Shown piece by piece: positions 41,466 to 48,850 of a stretch of 64,000 nucleotides of DNA. The translations under genes and the position numbers were made by a program. The DNA is from a virus (Duplodnaviria > Caudoviricetes): the IMG/VR virus record IMGVR_UViG_3300033121_002354, positions 32,001 through 96,000 of that record; one strand, 5' to 3'. The number at the start of each line of letters is the position of its first letter. Within the stretch, counting starts at the first letter, position 1. The notes under the pieces were generated by a model that was given only the letters and a program-made list of their open reading frames with translations, did not search any database and had not been told where the DNA came from.

Positions 41466-43135
41466 TGTTTTCAAGGCACTATTTTGCTCCACATTATTTC
41501 GCTCCACATTATTGGGCATCAAAAGGCTCAATAAATATTGTTTCTTATGGAACAATTCCGTGTTTTACCTCTTTATATATAGAAAAGTCTGCTGTTAGGG
41601 AAGATTGGCTTTTTTTAAATCCCATCACAACCGATGGAGCCGTTGAACAGGTTGAAGCGTCTTTAGCAATAAGTAAGCCGGAAGCAGCAACATCATTTTA
41701 TGGCATTTCTGCAAGTGACAGTTTTGCATCCAAAGACATGAGCACAAAAGAACGGCCTTTGTTGTTAGAATCACGAAAAACTTTTATGCTAAACAGAAGT
41801 AAAAACAGTGATTCCGTCGTAGCAGAGGAGCAGTTAACTACAACAAATGGTTTTGTTTTTAGTGCAGATTACGGCCCCTGGAACGGAATGAGCGAAATTG
41901 AAATAACAGAAACAGTAGATGGAGTAACAAGGACTTTAAGCACAAATGAATACAAAGTTATTCCATACAGTGGAAAAGTAGTCACTCAAAAAAGATACGC
42001 CCTGAATAAGACATTCAATATTTTTATTTCTGACACTGAAAGAATGAGAGTCGGCTTCTTTATTAAAAATCCTAGCACAACACAATCCATTACAATTGAG
42101 GGAGCTGGATACGTTTATACAACAAACAAAGAAAGACAACCAGCCCTAAGCCAAGTGGCACCCACTGCGTCACAAATAAAAATTTCTCCAAACGAGCCAA
42201 CCATAAATTCTGTTATGGCAATAAGTTATAAATACTTTGATTTGAACAGAAACGCAGAAAGCGGAACACTCATTCAGTGGTTTAAGAATGGAATACCCTT
42301 GTTTGAGATAAACAACAAACAATCATTTTCAAACACTGATTTGTTGCCTGTTAACAAATTAAAAAGTGGTGATACTATTTCTGCCATAGTTACTCCATCT
42401 GACGGCACTTCTTATGGAACCGCAAAAAATGCTCCACCTGTTAAAATAGCCGAAAGTCCACCGACACTAGAAGCTGCCAAAATAGTGCCAACTCGCAACG
42501 GAGTTGTTAACAGCGTTTTTGACACTTCGAGTGTTTTAACTGTTAGTTATCAGTTTTTATTGCCCGGCAGCACGAGCAGTAAAGAAAAGAATACAACTTT
42601 GGTATGGTTTGTAAATGGAGACATATTTAAGACTCAAACTTTTTCATTTAATGATCCGGTTTCTAAAAAAACACTCTACCCAGTTCCAACGGTTATAGGT
42701 AAAGATACGGATGGCAAGGACATAACTCAAGATGACAGTGCGGCATTTATCATTGGAAATCAGATTTACGTAGAAATAACACCGAAAACCAGCTCTAAAA
42801 CTGGAGAGCTTATCAGAACTGACACAATCACTTTAGTAAATTCAGTTCCTGTAATCAACGATGCCAGCATTAAGCAGGCAGCAGGAAATATAGACGTGTC
42901 TTATACAATAAGCGACGTAGATATAAACAGGGGCTCTGAAACCGATCAAACCGAGATACACTGGTTTGAGGCATTGTCGGGTGGAGCATTTACAGAACGT
43001 TCTGATTTGCTTTCCAAGCGATCTGTCCCCCTTTCTTCATTCACCAAGGGATCATCTGTGCGTGTTAAGTTTATTCCTTTTGATGGCATGTCATTTGGTA
43101 TAGAATTTACAACTGCGTCTATTTTAATAACATAA
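41465..43135 (+). CDS. Ig-like repeat structural protein with N-terminal HYFAP repeat
   Basis: SYKYFDLNRNAESGTLIQWFKNG...VTPSDGTSYG and similar units paralogous to those in 18340; region after the leader aligns with the 24461 protein. Confidence 0.8.
   Translation: MFSRHYFAPHYFAPHYWASKGSINIVSYGTIPCFTSLYIEKSAVREDWLFLNPITTDGAVEQVEASLAISKPEAATSFYGISASDSFASKDMSTKERPLLLESRKTFMLNRSKNSDSVVAEEQLTTTNGFVFSADYGPWNGMSEIEITETVDGVTRTLSTNEYKVIPYSGKVVTQKRYALNKTFNIFISDTERMRVGFFIKNPSTTQSITIEGAGYVYTTNKERQPALSQVAPTASQIKISPNEPTINSVMAISYKYFDLNRNAESGTLIQWFKNGIPLFEINNKQSFSNTDLLPVNKLKSGDTISAIVTPSDGTSYGTAKNAPPVKIAESPPTLEAAKIVPTRNGVVNSVFDTSSVLTVSYQFLLPGSTSSKEKNTTLVWFVNGDIFKTQTFSFNDPVSKKTLYPVPTVIGKDTDGKDITQDDSAAFIIGNQIYVEITPKTSSKTGELIRTDTITLVNSVPVINDASIKQAAGNIDVSYTISDVDINRGSETDQTEIHWFEALSGGAFTERSDLLSKRSVPLSSFTKGSSVRVKFIPFDGMSFGIEFTTASILIT
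41477..41515 (+). repeat. 15-bp tandem repeat (HYFAP-HYFAP-HYW)
   Basis: cactattttgctcca cattatttcgctcca cattattgg. Confidence 0.85.
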
Positions 43136-43973
43136 ATTCTGATTTTTTCATACCTGTAAACTTATATTGATAGCACTTTACTGGGTTGGGAAGCATAAAC
43201 TTAAATAAATCACCAATTGATTTGGATTCAATTCTAATCATATATTCTGAATATGATTTACGTTTATACACAACGATATGTGATTTGATATCTAATTTGT
43301 CTAATTTTTTAATAAGAATATTTTCTATCTCATTGTATAGAAATCCGTTTGTACAAAAAATTAATTCCGAACGATTATCTCTTTTTCTGTAACTTCCATC
43401 TCCTAAAAACCATAATAATGTTGATAATGGTGTAATTCTGACATCTTTTGGAATTATTTTAACTCCATTTGGATACCATCTTATTAATTGTGTATGTGTA
43501 TCTGGATGATATTTTGTAGTTCCAACATTACTAATACTAAAACCATTCTTTAGTCGTGGATCATAAACTTTCTTTTTGATAAATGTTGGATTATAACACT
43601 CAAATTCTTTCATTAAATAACGACAAAACTCTTCATGTTGAACCGTGCATCCATACGCACACCCAACAGAACTTGGCTTAATGTATCCATCACCAAGCAA
43701 AAATCCATCTATCCACTCTAAAAGATGTTCATTTAAAAATGAAACAGAATAATCACAGGAAGCTCTTAAGATGTTTTCTTCTATTTTGGATCTCGTTTTT
43801 ATCCCACAAGCTATAGCTCGACGGCGAACTTGAGACACATCCATTGAAAAATTATATTTTTCTTTAACTAACGCACAAATTTTTGGAAATGACAATTCCT
43901 TATTTATATAGTAATGATTAAAAAAATCAAGCGTGTATATCTCGTTAGCTATTTTAGAATGTTTTGCACCCAC
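43119..43973 (-). CDS. Free-standing two-motif LAGLIDADG homing endonuclease
   Basis: Motifs WIDGFLLGDGYI and LLWFLGDGSY, FCTNGF, C-terminal CYQYKF; N-terminal HTH-like segment. Confidence 0.9.
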   Translation of the reverse strand: MGAKHSKIANEIYTLDFFNHYYINKELSFPKICALVKEKYNFSMDVSQVRRRAIACGIKTRSKIEENILRASCDYSVSFLNEHLLEWIDGFLLGDGYIKPSSVGCAYGCTVQHEEFCRYLMKEFECYNPTFIKKKVYDPRLKNGFSISNVGTTKYHPDTHTQLIRWYPNGVKIIPKDVRITPLSTLLWFLGDGSYRKRDNRSELIFCTNGFLYNEIENILIKKLDKLDIKSHIVVYKRKSYSEYMIRIESKSIGDLFKFMLPNPVKCYQYKFTGMKKSEFMLLK

Positions 43974-44020
43974 ATATAGTTATGTGATATTTATGCACAA
44001 AATCCTATTGCAACTCTTCA

Positions 44021-44317
44021 TTATTTTTGTTTCTCCATTAAATCTGTCAAACAAATTGCTGCTACTACACTTCTCAATCCATTGCCATGAGGAGTATCGG
44101 GCACTCCCTGATTTTTCATCACTTGTTTAGCCTTTATTTTATAGCTATTAAATTCTGCCATTGAAATTTCAATAATTGCTGCCGAAGGCATTGTTTTATA
44201 TCTATTTAACAACTCATTTCTTGTTTTGCAATCAGTATTGCCTGATTTTTTCCACACATCAAAATCTTCCTCTGTTGGAATAATACACCCAATTTTACCT
44301 GCTGTTAATAATTTCAT
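44021..44317 (-). CDS. Hypothetical protein
   Basis: 98 aa; AGGAG Shine-Dalgarno just upstream (ctcct at 44323-44327 on the + strand). Confidence 0.7.
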   Translation of the reverse strand: MKLLTAGKIGCIIPTEEDFDVWKKSGNTDCKTRNELLNRYKTMPSAAIIEISMAEFNSYKIKAKQVMKNQGVPDTPHGNGLRSVVAAICLTDLMEKQK

Positions 44318-44410
44318 ATATTCTCCTATTTAGAGTTTATGCAAACAAAACTTGCACCAACAACGCTGCTGCTGACTGTTTGAAAAAATTCTTTTCTCGA
44401 ATTCACTTTG

Positions 44411-44421
44411 TTCCGTATAAT
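44411..44421 (+). promoter_or_regulatory. Putative promoter -10 element (TTCCGTATAAT), possibly driving a leaderless mRNA
   Basis: TATAAT 5 nt before the GTG at 44427; TTCCGTATAA recurs at 46923-46932. Confidence 0.45.
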
Positions 44422-44426
44422 TAAAT

Positions 44427-45164
44427 GTGGGCATCTATTCTCAACCACACGAACATACCGATATAGTTGTTCTAACCCATAACGGTTTAGAGTTTACTAA
44501 GTGCTGTATCCACAACATTCAAAAGCACACAAAAAACTATACCCTAATAGTTGTGGACAACGCCTCTTCAGATGATACGATAAAATATCTTAAAAAACAA
44601 GATGTTGTCCTGATAGAAAACAAAACAAATCGCGGTGTTGCTGGCGGAAGAAATGACGGACTTAAGTCTGGAACGTCAGAATTTTGTATATGTCTTGATA
44701 ATGATCAGTATGTCGGAGAAGATTGGTTAGAAGAGTTATTTACGTTTATTCACAAAGGATTTGATACGTGCGGAGTTGATGCTTGGCAAATGAACGAACC
44801 AACACATCCTAGAGCTTATATACCAAGAAAGCATTGTCAGTCAAAATATGATATTCCAACCTATATTGGGGGTGGTGGACACTTAATTAAAAGAAGCATT
44901 TTAGATGAGTTTAATTTTTTTGATGAGGTTTTCAATCCGTTTTATTACGAAGATTCAGATCTGTATTTCAAACTTCACAAAAAAGGCTATAAATCATTTT
45001 GGAATTCTAAGCACAAAATAAAGCACGTTGGTAACAGCACCGTCACTTCTTTTAGCCGCAGTCAACAATTTATTAAAACACATAAGATTTTTAAAGAGCG
45101 TTGGTTTCCATATTTTCCAGAACCTCTCACAATTTGTTGTGATATAGACAGAATTTTAGCATGA
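44427..45164 (+). CDS. Glycosyltransferase family 2 (GT-A fold)
   Basis: DIVVLTHN, IVVDNASSDDT, NRGVAGGRNDG, DxD motif LDND, FDEVF..YEDSDL. Confidence 0.92.
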   Translation: MGIYSQPHEHTDIVVLTHNGLEFTKCCIHNIQKHTKNYTLIVVDNASSDDTIKYLKKQDVVLIENKTNRGVAGGRNDGLKSGTSEFCICLDNDQYVGEDWLEELFTFIHKGFDTCGVDAWQMNEPTHPRAYIPRKHCQSKYDIPTYIGGGGHLIKRSILDEFNFFDEVFNPFYYEDSDLYFKLHKKGYKSFWNSKHKIKHVGNSTVTSFSRSQQFIKTHKIFKERWFPYFPEPLTICCDIDRILA

Positions 45165-46252
45165 AAATTGCAATCTGCACAAATTTTTACAGTCCAGCCA
45201 TTGGTGGCGGTGAAGAAGTTTCACGCAGAATAAGTGAGTATCTTGCCAGAAATAACACTGTTAAAGTTTTCACTAGGCAATTAAACGACCGCGAACATCG
45301 CAACGTTAATGGGGTTGAAATATCTGAATACAACCCTTTAATTCCGAATTCTTTCTTGAAATCAATCACTAAATTTAGTCCTGATTATGTTTTAATTTAT
45401 AGTGATGTTTTTGATTTTTTTATACAAACTCTTCAACTTAAAATCAAAACCATAATCTGCATGTGTGGCGGCAATCGAGTAGAAAAAAGAGATGAACAGA
45501 AACGTTTGCTAGAAAACATGGACTGTGTAAAACACATTGTTATACACTCAGAAAAAGAGCAGTGCTATAACTTGTTAAATGACTTAGGGTTAAAAGCTAC
45601 AATTATTCCAAACGGAATAGACCTTAGTGAATTTTCTGTAAATCCAAGCAAGTCTGATTTGTTAAGCAAATACAAAGATTACTTTTGGATTTTAAATATC
45701 TCTAATTTCTTCCCTGGAAAGAACCAGAATTTGTGTTTTGAGATAATCAAGAGAATCCCTGAATGCAAAAATTCGTTATATATTCAAATAGCCGCTAACA
45801 GCAGTTTCAATATTTGCAAACAAAATAAAGTGTTATGGGATGTGGCACAAGCAAAATATTCAAAATTAGGAATAAAATCAGTTTTGAAACAGGGGATAGG
45901 AAGAAAAGAAACAGTTGAATTTTTAAAGTGTTCAAACGCATTTCTTTTTACCAGCGAAAAAGAAGTTGGACCATTAGTAATTCTAGAGGCAATGGCTGCT
46001 GAAATACCTTGGGTGTCGGCTGACGTAGGAGAAGTGCCACTACTTCCTTCTGGCGGTTTTGTTGTGAGCACACCTAAAAATGATAAAAAATGTGTGATAT
46101 TTGATGAAAGGGTATTAGACAAAATGGCCGAAAAACTAAGTTATGCAATCAAGAATCCAACCGCAGGTTTTGATGGTCAAAATTTCATAAAGGGAAGAGA
46201 CTGGTCCAACATTCTGCCATATTATGAACGCTTATTTTTTAACGAACATTAA
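45161..46252 (+). CDS. Glycosyltransferase family 4
   Basis: MKIAI..FYSPAIGGGE, IIPNGID, KNQ, SEKEVGPLVILEAMAAEIPWVSADVG. Confidence 0.92.
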   Translation: MKIAICTNFYSPAIGGGEEVSRRISEYLARNNTVKVFTRQLNDREHRNVNGVEISEYNPLIPNSFLKSITKFSPDYVLIYSDVFDFFIQTLQLKIKTIICMCGGNRVEKRDEQKRLLENMDCVKHIVIHSEKEQCYNLLNDLGLKATIIPNGIDLSEFSVNPSKSDLLSKYKDYFWILNISNFFPGKNQNLCFEIIKRIPECKNSLYIQIAANSSFNICKQNKVLWDVAQAKYSKLGIKSVLKQGIGRKETVEFLKCSNAFLFTSEKEVGPLVILEAMAAEIPWVSADVGEVPLLPSGGFVVSTPKNDKKCVIFDERVLDKMAEKLSYAIKNPTAGFDGQNFIKGRDWSNILPYYERLFFNEH

Positions 46253-46919
46253 ACAGGGCACTTCACAAAATAATCTACGTTCACTTTTTAACTCCATAAA
46301 GAGACAAACTACAGAAATACCTGTGGCAATTATTTGTGAGAATAATGACGCAGAAATAAAGAAGATAGAAACATGCATAAAAGAAACCAAGATTGATGGG
46401 ACTTTGTTTGTAAACAACAATAATTTATATGAATCACAGTTTAAAAACATTGTCATCAAATCTTTAGAGACAGAAATTATCCTGATAACCACTGCAGAAT
46501 CAGTAAATTACAGTGACAGAGCAGAAAAAGAAATAACATTACTCACAAGCACAGATTTGAGCATTATTGGAAGTTCTGTAATATTTGGTACAACAGAATT
46601 TACCGTCCCACAATATTACATCGAATGTTATGATATGTTTTTTTATAAAAAAGAGGTATTTGTACACAGGGAAACCGTAGCTTACAAAGTGAAAGATTTT
46701 TTAGAAATAGGCGGCTACAATAAACAACCAACCACTCTTATAGATTTTGAAGTTTGGTGCAGATTTATGACACAAGGATACAAAGTAATGAACGTACAAA
46801 AACCACTAGTAAATACCAATGAAGTTGATTTTAACGCAAAAGAAGACGTAGAATCCATTTGGAAATCATTTTATTTCAGACAGTTACCTACACTCCCCTT
46901 GCCAAAAGAATATGTTTAA
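46224..46919 (+). CDS. Degenerate GT2-like protein
   Basis: LFNSIKRQT, SDRAEKE, FVHRETV..IGGYN..IDFEVWCR..NVQKPL match the GT2 C-terminal pattern; DxD is absent. Confidence 0.55.
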   Translation: MNAYFLTNIKQGTSQNNLRSLFNSIKRQTTEIPVAIICENNDAEIKKIETCIKETKIDGTLFVNNNNLYESQFKNIVIKSLETEIILITTAESVNYSDRAEKEITLLTSTDLSIIGSSVIFGTTEFTVPQYYIECYDMFFYKKEVFVHRETVAYKVKDFLEIGGYNKQPTTLIDFEVWCRFMTQGYKVMNVQKPLVNTNEVDFNAKEDVESIWKSFYFRQLPTLPLPKEYV

Positions 46920-46922
46920 ATT

Positions 46923-46948
46923 TTCCGTATAACAATATTTGTAAGGAG
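46923..46948 (+). promoter_or_regulatory. Putative promoter element TTCCGTATAA plus AAGGAG ribosome-binding site
   Basis: Same decamer as 44411-44420, in a short intergenic gap; AAGGAG at 46943-46948 precedes ATG 46956. Confidence 0.45.
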
Positions 46949-46955
46949 CTTATTC

Positions 46956-47390
46956 ATGTCAACAGATTTTAAGCTTGGAAAATACCTGCCACGTTGGGTA
47001 CTTGCTAAAATCTCGAAAAGAACGTGTTTTAGCTGCGGATTTAAGTTTAATAAATGTGATATCGTACAAGTTGGAATTCGTAAAACAAAAAATCCAGACG
47101 GAACAACCCAAGCTTCTTTGGCGGTCGAAACTTGGTGCAGTAATTGTAAAAAGGGCTCCATTACAACTTTTCCACAAGAACACTATAAGTCTTTTAGACA
47201 CCTGTTGTGTCTTCTTTTAAGCGAAATTCAGAAAAATGATAGAGCTGAAGCTGCACAAAAAAGAGCAAAAGAACTTAACGATTCCTTTCCACAGATAACC
47301 GAAAAAGACTTGGAAGATTTTAAAAAGGAATTGGAAAAAATGACAACACATAGTGAATTTCTTAACAAGTTAGGATTAAGCGATGATTGA
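46956..47390 (+). CDS. Zn-ribbon hypothetical protein
   Basis: CFSC...CSNC pair; good Shine-Dalgarno. Confidence 0.75.
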   Translation: MSTDFKLGKYLPRWVLAKISKRTCFSCGFKFNKCDIVQVGIRKTKNPDGTTQASLAVETWCSNCKKGSITTFPQEHYKSFRHLLCLLLSEIQKNDRAEAAQKRAKELNDSFPQITEKDLEDFKKELEKMTTHSEFLNKLGLSDD

Positions 47391-48507
47391 GTCTTTCTTT
47401 TTGGCTGGTCTTTTAGAAAAAACCGGAAAACTAAATTACCTGTCGGACTACGAAGTGAAAATAAGTCAAAACGGTCCAGAAGATGGTATTACGGTTGCCG
47501 GAAACCAAATAACCATTCACAAGCCAACTCTTTTGAGCAAAACTCTGTTCAATTTGAGCTATGCTCTACTAAGCAAAGACTTGCCAGATCAAGAAAAGAA
47601 TTATCTGTCCCTCTTTCTGTGGATAGAAATAAATGAATATCTTAATAAAGGCACTTTCTCAGAAAAACCACCAATATTAAGAGGCGGAAACGAGTTTTTA
47701 TCTACCGTTTTACCCATAAACAAAATATTCCAACCCATAACTGACCAAATTATAAAACTTTATCCAGTGTTACATATGAAATGTGCTTATACAGACCCCT
47801 GTAGAATAATAAATTCATTTTCCGAATTAAGCACCATAACACTCGAAAATGCAGTTCAAACAAAACTTCGGTCTATTCCTAACTCAAAATATCCTCTTAT
47901 TTTGTGTAATAACTCTGTTCAAAATCCTGCTGCTTGTGAATCCACTATATTCATAAAGCAACTGGAGCTAAATTTTGGAGAAGAAAAAACCCAAAGAATA
48001 TTGAAGCATTTATTATTGAACGAATTTGATATTTTACAAGCATTTGTGACAATATTGAACATTTGTTCCATAGATGGAATGCTTAATTATGTAGAAGAAT
48101 TTTTACAATGCATAAAAAGATATGTTAAGCTTAATGATGATGAAGCAGAACAATGTGTACAAATAACAACGCTTGTCTTCAACAATATTCCGTTTCTAAG
48201 CAATAAAGTTGCACAGTACACGAATCAGTCTGTCGAAAAACAATGGATGTGGTGGGGCACAATGGTGGGACTGACAGAAAAACAATTGGGCGGAAACCGA
48301 CACCAAAGACGAGATGCAACAGAAAACATGAAGCCAATTGAAGACAAACTAAAAGAGATGATCAAAATTTACGAACAAAAAACTGGAAAAAAAGACCTTT
48401 GTATTGAAGACTTACTAAAAGTGGTCCGGGAATACGACGAAAGCAAAACTATTGAACCAGGGCGTATTTACGAACGACTTTTAGGAGAAAATCGTATATG
48501 GCAGTAA
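47383..48507 (+). CDS. Hypothetical protein
   Basis: 374-aa ORF overlapping both neighbours. Confidence 0.75.
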   Translation: MIESFFLAGLLEKTGKLNYLSDYEVKISQNGPEDGITVAGNQITIHKPTLLSKTLFNLSYALLSKDLPDQEKNYLSLFLWIEINEYLNKGTFSEKPPILRGGNEFLSTVLPINKIFQPITDQIIKLYPVLHMKCAYTDPCRIINSFSELSTITLENAVQTKLRSIPNSKYPLILCNNSVQNPAACESTIFIKQLELNFGEEKTQRILKHLLLNEFDILQAFVTILNICSIDGMLNYVEEFLQCIKRYVKLNDDEAEQCVQITTLVFNNIPFLSNKVAQYTNQSVEKQWMWWGTMVGLTEKQLGGNRHQRRDATENMKPIEDKLKEMIKIYEQKTGKKDLCIEDLLKVVREYDESKTIEPGRIYERLLGENRIWQ

Positions 48508-48689
48508 ACCAAGATTATTTGAAGCAGGTCATAGATAAGGCGAGTTATGCCTATAACCTACTTCACTCTGGTAAAGATGTGCAATGCTTTTTTGCACTTC
48601 AAGGCTTGTTAACAATGCTGGAAAATTTAAAAACAATGGAGGCAGAAAATGTTTGTGAAACACAGCAGCCCAAAACAGGAACAAGTTGA
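48498..48689 (+). CDS. Small hypothetical protein
   Basis: AGGAG upstream; 63 aa. Confidence 0.55.
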   Translation: MAVNQDYLKQVIDKASYAYNLLHSGKDVQCFFALQGLLTMLENLKTMEAENVCETQQPKTGTS

Positions 48690-48846
48690 AGTCAGTAAAG
48701 AACTTCGAAAATGTTCCAATTGCGGAAAACCATATATGCCAACTTGTGGCAATTGTGGTTGCAGTTCTCTTTGTCCGTCCTGTAAACAAAGCAGCACTTC
48801 AATCAACGTTGACTCATTTAGCAAAACCCTAAAAGAACAAAAATAA
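48649..48846 (+). CDS. Small Cys-rich Zn-finger protein
   Basis: CSNC..CGNCGC..CPSC; GGAGG upstream. Confidence 0.6.
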   Translation: MFVKHSSPKQEQVEVSKELRKCSNCGKPYMPTCGNCGCSSLCPSCKQSSTSINVDSFSKTLKEQK

Positions 48847-48850
48847 GTAA

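Noticed and set aside
5454-43135. Diversity-generating retroelement or invertible cassette acting on the adhesin-like genes
   Set aside because: No reverse transcriptase or recombinase, and no near-identical TR/VR or inverted repeat pair seen; paralogy is only at the diverged protein level.
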